DNA from: Myxococcota bacterium
Lineage (GTDB): Bacteria; Myxococcota_A; UBA9160; UBA4427
Length of the DNA: 35,435 nucleotides
Assembly: GCA_963169575.1 (NCBI GenBank)
Contig: CAUJGH010000040.1
Location: forward strand, 1 to 35,435
Reading direction: 5' to 3'
Under the pieces are notes generated by a model. That model saw only the letters and a program-made list of their open reading frames with translations, was not told the DNA's origin and made no database searches. The translations under genes were made by a program, and so were the position numbers. Position 1 is the first letter of the stretch, and each line of letters opens with the position of its first letter. Below, piece after piece: positions 16,531 to 24,760 of this stretch.

Positions 16531-16751
16531 CGGACGTCCTCCTGCCCGGCGCGTTCGCCCGGCCCGCATCACACGCGCGGGCCTCGCAGCCGACCGGCGC
16601 TGCACGGCGCCGCTCGTCGCCGCGCTGCGCGCCGCCGCCGCCCGATCCTAGACCATCGGCGCGCCCCCGGAGCGATTTCCGATGGCGTCGTGACCGCATC
16701 CGTCACACCCCTGGCCGATGACGGTTCACCCCCTTCGCCCGAGGTCCCCGC
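16531..16751. promoter_or_regulatory. Divergent intergenic region between the LLM gene / long minus-strand gene run and rmuC; promoters are inferred only.
   Basis: A 221-bp gap lies between divergent starts. I recognised no specific boxes. Confidence 0.3.
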
Positions 16752-18059
16752 ATGCCCGCCGAAATCCTTCCCGCCGCCCTCACGCCGCTGTTCGCCCCCG
16801 AGCTCGCCCTCGCGCTCCTGCTCGGCCTGATCCTCGGCGCGCTCCTCGGCGCCTGGCTCGCGACGCGCTTCCACGGCCGCCTGCAGCATGTCCTTCACGA
16901 CCGCTTCGAGGCCCTCTCCGCCCTCGCCCTCGACCGCACGAGCGAGCGCTTCCTGCATCTCGCCGGCGAGCGTCTCGGCTCCCTCGAGCGCGCGAGCGAC
17001 GCCTCGCTCGCCCAGCGCGAGGCCGCCGTCGAGGCCCTCGTCCGCCCGCTTCGCGAATCCCTCGCCCGGGTCGACGCCAAGCTTCAGCAGGTCGAGACCC
17101 AGCGCCAGGGCCACCACGAATCCCTGACCCGCCATCTCGAGCTCGTCGCGAACGCGAATCGCCTGCTCGAGAAGGAGACGCGCAACCTCGGCCAGGCCCT
17201 GCGCTCGCCGAATGCCCGCGGCCGCTGGGGCGAGCTCCAGCTGCGCCGCGTCGTCGAGCTCGCCGGCATGCTCGAACACTGCGATTTCGCGGTGCAGTCG
17301 ACGCTCAATGGCGGAATCGGCGGCGCGAACGGCTTTGCGGACGGGCTCGGCGATGGCGCGGGCGGCCGGGGTGCGGGCCAGGGAGCGAGCGGCGGCCGAC
17401 CCGATCTGATCGTGCGCCTGCCCGGCGGCCGCAGCCTCGCGATCGACGCCAAGGCGCCGCTCGTCGCCTATCTCGCCGCGACCGAGGCGCCGGACGACGC
17501 GTCGCGCGCCGCCGAGCTCGCCCAACACGCCCGTCATGTCCGGCGCCATCTCGAGGAGCTCGCGAGCCGCAGCTACTGGTCGAAGCTGGCCGGCTCGCCG
17601 GAGTTCGTCGTGCTCTTCCTACCCGGCGAGCCCTTCTTCGCCGCCGCTCTCGAGAGCGATCCCGAGCTGATCGCCGACGGCGCCGAGCGCCGCGTCCTGA
17701 TCGCGGGCCCGACGACGCTGATCGCGCTCCTGCGCGCGATCGCCCACGGCTGGCAGCAGGAGGAGATGGCGGAGAACGCCGCCGCCGTCGCGCGCATCGG
17801 CCGCGAGCTCTTCGATCGCCTCGTCGCGCTCAACGAGAAGTTCGGGAGCCTCGGCCGCAAGCTCGATTCCGCCGTCGACGCCTACAACCAGGCGATCGGC
17901 TCGCTCGAATCCCGCGTCCACGTCTCGGCGCGGCGGATGGCGGAGCTGGGAGTCGCGCAGTCGGTCCCGCTCGAAGCGCTGCCGGCGATCGAGAAGCGGG
18001 CGCGGCTGCCGCGGGGGGATGAGGGGGATGCGGAGGGGGGCGGGGACGTGCTGGGCTAG
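16752..18059 (+). CDS. rmuC: DNA recombination protein RmuC.
   Basis: 435-aa ORF with an N-terminal TM helix and coiled-coil. The RmuC core motifs are RSPNARGRWGELQLRRVVELAGM, RPDLIVRLPGGRSLAIDAKAPL and FVVLFLPGEPFF. Confidence 0.85.
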   Translation: MPAEILPAALTPLFAPELALALLLGLILGALLGAWLATRFHGRLQHVLHDRFEALSALALDRTSERFLHLAGERLGSLERASDASLAQREAAVEALVRPLRESLARVDAKLQQVETQRQGHHESLTRHLELVANANRLLEKETRNLGQALRSPNARGRWGELQLRRVVELAGMLEHCDFAVQSTLNGGIGGANGFADGLGDGAGGRGAGQGASGGRPDLIVRLPGGRSLAIDAKAPLVAYLAATEAPDDASRAAELAQHARHVRRHLEELASRSYWSKLAGSPEFVVLFLPGEPFFAAALESDPELIADGAERRVLIAGPTTLIALLRAIAHGWQQEEMAENAAAVARIGRELFDRLVALNEKFGSLGRKLDSAVDAYNQAIGSLESRVHVSARRMAELGVAQSVPLEALPAIEKRARLPRGDEGDAEGGGDVLG

Positions 18060-18430
18060 TCGATCGTGGTTGGCGCGACGGGCGGGAGTCGCCCTTCGGC
18101 CGGAGCGCGTTGGATCTCCCAGGATCGGCGATCCCGGAGTGCTGCGAGAAAGCTGACGAGCTGTTCGAGCCAGGCACAATAAAGCCCGTAGGGCTCGCTC
18201 TTTGGGCGACGATTGGCGAGGCGCGCATACAAGACGAGTTCGGCGGCATCATCACCGACGGTGGAACCGGCGACCCTCAAGCCAAGCGACTGAATTCGTG
18301 TGCGGGCGACTTCGACGAGCGCCGCTTCGGCGGTCGGTTGGCCGCTCTCGAGATCCGCCAAACCGCGAACGACGAGATCGGCGCCCGGAAGCCCATCGAG
18401 CATTTCGTCCAGCGCTACCGATGTCGTCAT
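18056..18430 (-). CDS. Hypothetical 124-aa protein, the downstream partner of the nucleotidyltransferase gene.
   Basis: This is the C-terminal part of the 303-aa track ORF. The ATG at 18430 overlaps the upstream stop (ATGA at 18427-18430). The sequence begins MTTSVALDEMLDGLPGADLVVRGL. It contains no His, so it is not a canonical HEPN. Its stop shares the palindrome CTAG with the rmuC stop. Confidence 0.5.
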   Translation of the reverse strand: MTTSVALDEMLDGLPGADLVVRGLADLESGQPTAEAALVEVARTRIQSLGLRVAGSTVGDDAAELVLYARLANRRPKSEPYGLYCAWLEQLVSFLAALRDRRSWEIQRAPAEGRLPPVAPTTID

Positions 18431-18960
18431 TCTTGATCCATCGCGAGATCGAGAGCCTCGAGTGTGGCGATGATCTCGGCGGAATCGATCCGTGGAAACT
18501 GCTCGAGCCGAGGCAGCATTTCCTCCAACGCAGCCCGCAATCCCTCGCGCGTCACCAGCCCGCGTTCGAGCATCGCCCGCACATCCGAGAGATCGCGATC
18601 GAATCCCCGCGCGAGCTTCGAAAGCGCCTGGGCTCGAAAATCGTAGTGGCGCACCTCGATCGAACCAAATCGCCCGACGAACCGACTCTGGCTTCGCCAA
18701 TCCCGAAGCTCCGGCAGGAAGTCGGCCGGAGACGCGAGCTCGACATTGACGTGAAGCTCTTCCTTGATCCGCGCAATCGCAGCGAAAACGCCTTCGGGCT
18801 CGGGATCGAGCTTGAAGTCGACATCGACGGTCGAATCCCTCCAACCTTCGAGCAGAGCCGTCGCCCCTCCCGTCAGGTAGACGACACCCGGCCCCCGACA
18901 GGCGCGCCCCAGCGCTTCGAGCACTTGCCGCAGACGTTCGGGATCGAGAGGTCGACGCAT
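18427..18960 (-). CDS. Minimal nucleotidyltransferase-fold protein (pol-beta superfamily, DUF6036-like).
   Basis: The sequence YLTGGATALLEGWRDSTVDVDF fits the minimal-NTase signature GG-x12-DVD. I chose ATG 18960 (MRRPLDPERL); the track offers TTG 18978. The C-terminal region LSKLARGFDRDLSDVRAML is typical of this family as I recall it. Confidence 0.6.
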   Translation of the reverse strand: MRRPLDPERLRQVLEALGRACRGPGVVYLTGGATALLEGWRDSTVDVDFKLDPEPEGVFAAIARIKEELHVNVELASPADFLPELRDWRSQSRFVGRFGSIEVRHYDFRAQALSKLARGFDRDLSDVRAMLERGLVTREGLRAALEEMLPRLEQFPRIDSAEIIATLEALDLAMDQE

Positions 18961-18979
18961 GGGCCAACGATAGAGCAAC

Positions 18980-19987
18980 TCACCCGAGCCGCGGCTCCCC
19001 GATCCCCGCCAGCTCGAGGCTCTTCTCCCAGAGCGCCCGTGAAAGCGCCGGATCGAAATCGAGCGGCTTCTCGCGGCGCTTGTTCGAGCGCCAATAGCCC
19101 CCGGTCGAGCGCTCGAGGGCCGGATCCGTCGCGACGCGCACGGCCGTGCGCGCGGCGCGGGCCGCGCTCGGGAAGAAGCCGCGGATCAGCGGGCCGACGA
19201 GGCGATAGGCGAGGCCCGGATTGTCGGCGCCGATGTTCGAGGCGACGGGGCCGGGATCGACGGCGTTGACGGTGACCCAGCGGGCGGCGCCGTCGACCGC
19301 GCTGCGCAGGTCGAACGCGTCGCCGCCGGGCCGCGAAGCGATTCGGCCCGCCGTCTCGCCGGACGGCGCATCCGCCGGAGTTCTCGCCCTGCCCACCGAC
19401 GCCCCCGCCGCGTCCGCGAGCCGCCGCGCCAGCTCGAGCGTGAAATAGACGATCGCGAGCTTCGACTGGCCGTAGGCCTTCATCATGTTGTAGTCGCGTT
19501 CGAGCTGGAGATCGTCGAGGTCGAGCTTCGCAATGCGATAGGTATCGGACGAGATGTTCACGATCCGCGCGGGACCGCTCGCCTGCAGACGCGGGAGCAG
19601 GCCGAGGGTGAGGCGGAACATCGCGAGGTAGTTGACGGCGAAGGTCAGCTCGAGCCCGGCATCGTTCACGCGGCGCGAGAGGCCGACGAGGCCGGCGTTG
19701 TTGACGAGGACGTGCAGCGGGCGACCGCTCTCGAGATAGGTCGCGACGGCGGCGTCGATCTCCTCCGCCCGGGCGAGATCGGCGAGCAGGATCTCCGGCG
19801 CCTTGCCGCCCGCGGCGCGCGCGACCTCGTCGCGGACGGCGAGGGCCTTCTCGCGGCTGCGGGCGTGGAGCACGACGTCGGCGCCGCGCGCGGCGAGCGC
19901 GAGCGCGACGGCCTTGCCATGGCCATCGGTCGAGCCGGTGACGAGGCAGGTCCGGCCCTGCAGGTCGAACGTCGTTTCACGAGCCAT
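18980..19987 (-). CDS. SDR family oxidoreductase.
   Basis: 335-aa ORF with TGSTDGHGKAVA (TGxxxGxG), NNAG and a YGQSK catalytic Y-x3-K. A ~45-aa low-complexity insertion follows the active site. Confidence 0.85.
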   Translation of the reverse strand: MARETTFDLQGRTCLVTGSTDGHGKAVALALAARGADVVLHARSREKALAVRDEVARAAGGKAPEILLADLARAEEIDAAVATYLESGRPLHVLVNNAGLVGLSRRVNDAGLELTFAVNYLAMFRLTLGLLPRLQASGPARIVNISSDTYRIAKLDLDDLQLERDYNMMKAYGQSKLAIVYFTLELARRLADAAGASVGRARTPADAPSGETAGRIASRPGGDAFDLRSAVDGAARWVTVNAVDPGPVASNIGADNPGLAYRLVGPLIRGFFPSAARAARTAVRVATDPALERSTGGYWRSNKRREKPLDFDPALSRALWEKSLELAGIGEPRLG

Positions 19988-20060
19988 GTCGCCCCCGTCT
20001 CCCTTCGCGTCCCGTCGCGGCTCGTGCCCCGAGCCCCGCGGTCGATTCCGCTCGCACGTG

Positions 20061-21326
20061 CTAGGCGTCGCCGACGCCGAAGCGCTCGCGATAGGGCTTG
20101 AAGCGCGCCTCTAGCTCCTCGGCGTCGAGACCGAAGTCGGCGAGGCCGTAGCGATGGGTGCCGTATTTATGCTGCGGGTTCTCGGCGATCCAGCGCTGGG
20201 CGCGGGCTTCGGAGCCCGCGTTCCATTCGAGCTCGCAGAAGGCGTGGACTCGCTTCAGCTGCTCGATCGGATCGCGCACGAGATCCGCATAATGCACGTC
20301 GAGGACCCGTCCGGGCCCGATCCGATCCCGCACGGCGATCGCGCGCTCCACCGAGTTCACCATCTGATCCGCGACCCGCCGCCCGACCTCGACCGGATCG
20401 ATCCGCCGCGACAGCATCGCCCCCGCATGCGCCATCATGCTGCTGAACGAAGGCACGACCTTCAGCGGATCGCGATGCGTATGGACGACCTTCGCATCGG
20501 GGAAGACGTCGAAGAGGACGTCGAGATTCTCCTGATGATGCGGCGTCTTGCCGAGGTAGCGGCCCGGCCGCTGCCAGAGCAACAGCTGGATCAGGCGGCG
20601 GACGTAGGCATAGGGCGGATGCTGGTCGATCTCGCGGATCCAGCGCGTATACGACGGAACGGAGAGCGAGGCATCGACCGCCGGGCTGATGAAGGTCACG
20701 TCGAAGAGGAAGACGTCTTCTTCGGGCGCATCGGCCTCGATCGGATGGATCGCGAAGAGCGCGGGCGACATGTATTTCATGCCGTTCTCGGCGCGCTTCG
20801 CGAAGGCCATCCGGCGCGCGGGCTCGCCGGGCTCGTCGCGGACGGGGCGGCCGAGGGGCGCGGGATTCAGGCCTTCGGCGGAAGAGAGATGCCGCAGCTC
20901 GGGGGCGCAGGCGAGCAGGCGATGGAGCTTCGTCGTGCCCGTGCGCTGCATGCCCGTGATGAAGACGGGGGCCGCGACGGGCGTCGCCTCGAGCGAGGGA
21001 TCGACGGCGCGGATCCGCTCGAGCCGCAGCCGGCACTCGAGCGCGCGCACGACGCTGCTGCGCAGCACCGCGCGGCCGAGCAGATGCAGATCCGCCTCGT
21101 CGTCGAAGGCCGCGAGCAGCCGGCGCATCGGCGTCCGAAAATCCTCGTCGCCGAAATCCTCGAGCCCCGTCCGCCGGCGCGCGCTCGCGATCAGCGCCGC
21201 CTCGTCGAAGCGCGGGGCGGGCATGCCGAGCTTCGTCGCCGCGCGCCAGGCCCCGAGCCCCAGACGCGCGGGCAGCGGAAAGGGCGGAACACGGAACGCC
21301 GTGCTCGAATTCGCGCCTTCGCTCAA
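20061..21326 (-). CDS. Sulfotransferase family protein (PAPS-dependent).
   Basis: The PAPS 5'-phosphosulfate-binding loop is FITGMQRTGTTKLHRLL, with a later segment THRDPLKVVPS. I chose the start TTG 21326, which forms a TTGA overlap with the upstream stop. The alternative is ATG 21224. The track start at 21599 is rejected. Confidence 0.7.
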   Translation of the reverse strand: MSEGANSSTAFRVPPFPLPARLGLGAWRAATKLGMPAPRFDEAALIASARRRTGLEDFGDEDFRTPMRRLLAAFDDEADLHLLGRAVLRSSVVRALECRLRLERIRAVDPSLEATPVAAPVFITGMQRTGTTKLHRLLACAPELRHLSSAEGLNPAPLGRPVRDEPGEPARRMAFAKRAENGMKYMSPALFAIHPIEADAPEEDVFLFDVTFISPAVDASLSVPSYTRWIREIDQHPPYAYVRRLIQLLLWQRPGRYLGKTPHHQENLDVLFDVFPDAKVVHTHRDPLKVVPSFSSMMAHAGAMLSRRIDPVEVGRRVADQMVNSVERAIAVRDRIGPGRVLDVHYADLVRDPIEQLKRVHAFCELEWNAGSEARAQRWIAENPQHKYGTHRYGLADFGLDAEELEARFKPYRERFGVGDA

Positions 21327-22435
21327 CGCGCGAGCCCCGCGAGCTCGCTCGTCTTGACGACGCGGGTCGTCGGCTGCGGATGCGAGGCCGCACGGATCCA
21401 GCGGAAGCACATCGTGCCCTGGGCATGGCCGACCGTGTTGATCCAGTTCGGCAGGCCCGGATCGTCGTGGGCGACGACGATGCGGACGGAGCCGTCCTTG
21501 GCGTAGACGGCCGTGTGTTTGTTGACGTGGATCGTGTAGTAGCGGTAGTCGAGGGATTCCATCCAGTGGTTGTCGAGCTGGAAGTTCCACGACTCGCATT
21601 CGGGGGGCGTCGCTTCGATGACGAGGGCCTCGTCCGGCGCGAGCTGCCAGTAGGAGTGGTAGTAACAGATGTTGGGATCGCCGCCGGCGCCCATCGAGAT
21701 CGAATCGTCGAATTTGGGCAGCTGGTTGACGTGCTTGTCGCGGAAGCCCTTCGCCCAGTTCGAGAAGAGCGCGGTGCAGCCGACGACCATGCCGGCGGCC
21801 TGCTTGAGGCCGGCATCCATCGCCTCGGGCGTCAGCAGCGCCGGGCGGCCGCTGCCGCCGATGCGCTCGATCACGAGCTCTGCGGGGATCTCCTTCGAGC
21901 GGTCGAGATGGGTCTGGCGGACGATCAGCGCCGTCGTCTGCGGCGTCATGCGCAGCCAGTTGCCGGGCTTCGGCTCGCAGGAGAGGACGATCTCGAAGCG
22001 GCCGTCGGGGCCGATCTGCATGTCCTTCGCGTCGAGATGGCCGCCCTGCTCGGAGTCGCCGGTCGAGGCGACGCCGGGCGATTGCGTGCCGAAGTCGAGG
22101 TAGTGGATCGTGTTTCGCTTGCCGCGGATCCGGTACTCGTAGGCGCCGCTGATGTTGGCGTGCTGGTAGTAGTTGTCGGGGTTGTCGGCGCCGATCTTGG
22201 CGGTCTCGTGGACCGGGCGGTTCAAGACGGGAGCGGCGGGATCGGCGTGCTCGATGAAGGCTTCGAGGGCGGTGCGCGCGAGGCGCGTGACGTAGCGGAA
22301 GCCCTCGGCGCGATCGAGCGGATCGGTCGGCGAGCCGTCCGCGAGGATCGTCTGGCCGGCGGACTTGATCGCGTCGCAGAACTCCTCCCAGGAACGGCCG
22401 GTCATGAGTCGCTCGCGCGGGGATTGCTCGGTCAT
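21323..22435 (-). CDS. DUF1214-like protein (370 aa).
   Basis: The start is ATG 22435 (MTEQSPRERLM), with SD AGGGAGGA 7 nt upstream. The sequence is well balanced (RAEGFRYVTRLARTALEAFIE...NWINTVGHAQGTMCFRWI). The family name is from memory. The track start at 22837 adds junk. Confidence 0.6.
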   Translation of the reverse strand: MTEQSPRERLMTGRSWEEFCDAIKSAGQTILADGSPTDPLDRAEGFRYVTRLARTALEAFIEHADPAAPVLNRPVHETAKIGADNPDNYYQHANISGAYEYRIRGKRNTIHYLDFGTQSPGVASTGDSEQGGHLDAKDMQIGPDGRFEIVLSCEPKPGNWLRMTPQTTALIVRQTHLDRSKEIPAELVIERIGGSGRPALLTPEAMDAGLKQAAGMVVGCTALFSNWAKGFRDKHVNQLPKFDDSISMGAGGDPNICYYHSYWQLAPDEALVIEATPPECESWNFQLDNHWMESLDYRYYTIHVNKHTAVYAKDGSVRIVVAHDDPGLPNWINTVGHAQGTMCFRWIRAASHPQPTTRVVKTSELAGLAR

Positions 22436-22445
22436 CTTGGTGTCC

Positions 22446-22475
22446 TCCCTGTCGTCTTCATCCCTGTCGTCTTCG
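22446..22475. repeat. 2 x 15-bp tandem direct repeat overlapping the RBS of the DUF1214-like gene.
   Basis: The units are tccctgtcgtcttca / tccctgtcgtcttcg (14/15 identical). The repeat lies in the 184-bp divergent region between the DUF1214-like gene and argC. Confidence 0.8.
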
Positions 22476-22619
22476 TCGTCGGGCTCGGGGCCGGGGGCGG
22501 CGCGGCCCCCTGCGGCGCCGACACGGTAGGCGCCGAGGCGGCGCGCGGCAGCGACGACCGCACGACGGCAGCGGCGCTCGAGTCCAGTCGCGGCGCCTTT
22601 GCTAGCGTCCGCGCCCATC

Positions 22620-23579
22620 ATGTCGAAGCCCCGGATCTTCATCGACGGCCATGCCGGAACCACCGGCCTGCGCATCCGCGAGTGGCTCGCGCCGCGAACG
22701 GACGTCGAGCTGCTCGTACTCGGCGAGGCCGAGCGCAAATCGGACGCCGCGCGGGAGCGGGCGATCGCCGAGGCGGACGTGTCCGTCCTCTGCCTGCCGG
22801 ATGCCGAGGCGGCGAAGGCCGCCGAGTGGGCGCACAAATCCGGTGGTCGCCTCGTCGACGCCAGCTCGAACCACCGGGTCGCCCCCGGCTGGGTCTACGG
22901 CTTCCCCGAGCTCGCCCCCGGCCAGCGCGAGGCGATCGCGAAGGCGCAGCTCGTCTCGAATCCCGGCTGCTACCCGACGCCCTTCATCGCGCTCGTCCGC
23001 CCGCTCGTCGACGCGGGCCTCGTCCGAACGGGCGCGCCGGTCTCGATCCACGGCCTCTCGGGCTACACCGGCGGCGGCAAGGCCCTGATCGAGCGCTGGG
23101 AGGCGAAGGACCAGGGCCGCATCGGCCTCCATTACGAGGCGCCCTACGCCCTCGAGCGGATCCACAAGCACGTCCCCGAGATGCACGTCTACAGCGGCCT
23201 CGCCGCCGCGCCGCAATTCGTGCCCGCCGTCGGCCCCTTCGCCTGCGGCATGCGCGTCGCCGTCCCGCTCCACGCCCAGCTGCTCGCTCCGGGCGCGACG
23301 GGCGAGGCGCTCTGGCGCTGCCTCGCGGATCGCTATGCGGGCGAGCGCTTCGTCTCGGTCGCGCCCTTCTCGGGCCCCGATCCGATCGACGACTTCACGC
23401 TCGATCCCTGCGCCCTGAACGACACGAACGGCCTGCGACTCCACGTGCTCCCGAATCCCGCCGGCCATGTCCTGCTCGTCGGAATCCTCGACAACCTCGG
23501 CAAGGGCGCCTCGGGCGCGGCGATCCAATCGCTGAACCTGATGCTCGGCCTCGACGAGGGCGCAGGCCTGCCCGGCTGA
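22620..23579 (+). CDS. argC: N-acetyl-gamma-glutamyl-phosphate reductase (short, type-2 ArgC).
   Basis: The sequence starts MSKPRIFIDGHAGTTGLRI. The active-site motif is SNPGCYPT, and the C-terminus has DNLGKGASGAAIQSLNLMLG. The ATG at 22620 is preferred to the track TTG at 22599. Confidence 0.9.
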   Translation: MSKPRIFIDGHAGTTGLRIREWLAPRTDVELLVLGEAERKSDAARERAIAEADVSVLCLPDAEAAKAAEWAHKSGGRLVDASSNHRVAPGWVYGFPELAPGQREAIAKAQLVSNPGCYPTPFIALVRPLVDAGLVRTGAPVSIHGLSGYTGGGKALIERWEAKDQGRIGLHYEAPYALERIHKHVPEMHVYSGLAAAPQFVPAVGPFACGMRVAVPLHAQLLAPGATGEALWRCLADRYAGERFVSVAPFSGPDPIDDFTLDPCALNDTNGLRLHVLPNPAGHVLLVGILDNLGKGASGAAIQSLNLMLGLDEGAGLPG

Positions 23580-23811
23580 TCGGCCCCTTCCCGGGCGCTC
23601 GGGCGCCTGATCTTCGAAGGCCGAAACCCGAAGTCCGAAGGCCGACGCGCGCCGACCGCCGACGCCCGCTCCCCGACGCAGAAAATTCCCCGTCCTGAGT
23701 GAACCGCTTCACAGTGGCCCCTCATGATCCGGATCACTCTCGACTCGCATTGATCGTGCAGGACCCCGTCGGACGGGAAATCCGATCGATCGGCGAATCA
23801 GGAGTGGTGTC

Positions 23812-24423
23812 ATGCAGAGCGAGCAGAAGCGGAAGAACGACAACGATCCCGAGCGCGACCGGGCCTGGGCCGAGCGGGTCCGGGCCGGTGACCAGGCGGC
23901 CTTCTCGGAGATCTACGCCGCCTTCTTCCCGCGGGTATACGCCTTCATCTATAAGCGCATCCGGGACCAGGCCGAGGCGGAGGACCTGACCCAGGAGACC
24001 TTCGTCCAGCTCTACCGCTCCCTCCCCTCCTACGAGGGCCGCTCGAGCCTGCTGACCTGGACCTTCGGCATCGCCCACAACGTCTGCTCCCGCTACTTCC
24101 GCCACTGCTCGCGCTGGATGGTCGGCCCGCGCGACGCCCGCGAGATCGAGGACCATCCGAGCGATGCCGCGATCGAGAGCCGGATCGACGCCACCCATCT
24201 GCTCGAGCGCTGCGACGAGGTCCTCGAGAACGGCCGGCGCAGCGCGCATCGGGAGATCTTCCGCCTGCGTTATGCGGAGAGCCAGTCGATCCGCTCGATC
24301 GCGCAGCAGGTCGGGAAATCGAGCGAGGCGGTGAAGGTCAGCCTGCGGCGGAGCCGGAACCTGCTCGTCGACGGCGTGCCCGAGCTCGAGATCATCCTCG
24401 ACACCGTCGCGCAGGGGGCCTAG
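23812..24423 (+). CDS. ECF-type RNA polymerase sigma-70 family factor.
   Basis: 203-aa ORF. Region 2 is FPRVYAFIYKRIRDQAEAEDLTQETFVQLYRSL. The region 4 HTH is SIRSIAQQVGKSSEAVKVSLRRSR. An SD AGGAG lies upstream. Confidence 0.85.
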   Translation: MQSEQKRKNDNDPERDRAWAERVRAGDQAAFSEIYAAFFPRVYAFIYKRIRDQAEAEDLTQETFVQLYRSLPSYEGRSSLLTWTFGIAHNVCSRYFRHCSRWMVGPRDAREIEDHPSDAAIESRIDATHLLERCDEVLENGRRSAHREIFRLRYAESQSIRSIAQQVGKSSEAVKVSLRRSRNLLVDGVPELEIILDTVAQGA

Positions 24424-24760
24424 CACGCAAGTACCGGCGCCTGGTCCCCGGAAACGCGCGAGAAATCGCCCCGTGTCGCAGCCTCTGCCCTCCGGGTCCG
24501 AGACTGGGCGAAGGTTCGGAATCGGGCGCGATCGATCGGGAATCCGCGTGAAGTCGTGGGAATCCGTTCATGATCGGGGTAGGGTCCGACTTGCGGCGCC
24601 TCCCGTGCGAAACCGAGATCAGCGGGTCCGTGGCCTCTCCAGACTCGAATCCTTCTGCAGAGCTCGGATCCAGCGCGGCTGCGGATCGCACCCCAGCAGC
24701 CCATCTCCGCGCGAGGCGAGACCGTCGTCGGCTGGGATCGGCCGATGAGGAGCTCCCCCG

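Noticed and set aside
18056-18430. HEPN toxin as the partner of the nucleotidyltransferase (MNT-HEPN pair).
   Set aside because: The 124-aa protein has no histidine, so the HEPN R-x4-6-H catalytic motif is impossible. It is kept as an unknown partner.
23593-23608. Intrinsic terminator after argC (ggcgc-tcgg-gcgcc).
   Set aside because: The stem is only 5-6 bp and is followed by a poor T tract (tgatcttcg). That is too weak to call.
24473-24748. 91-aa ORF directly downstream of the ECF sigma gene, considered as a possible anti-sigma factor.
   Set aside because: It has no TM helix and no zinc-binding HxxxCxxC motif. It is Arg-rich. Hand-checked third-position GC is only moderate, whereas real genes here are near-saturated. 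It also overlaps the repeated GGGAATCCG motifs. It is most likely non-coding leader.
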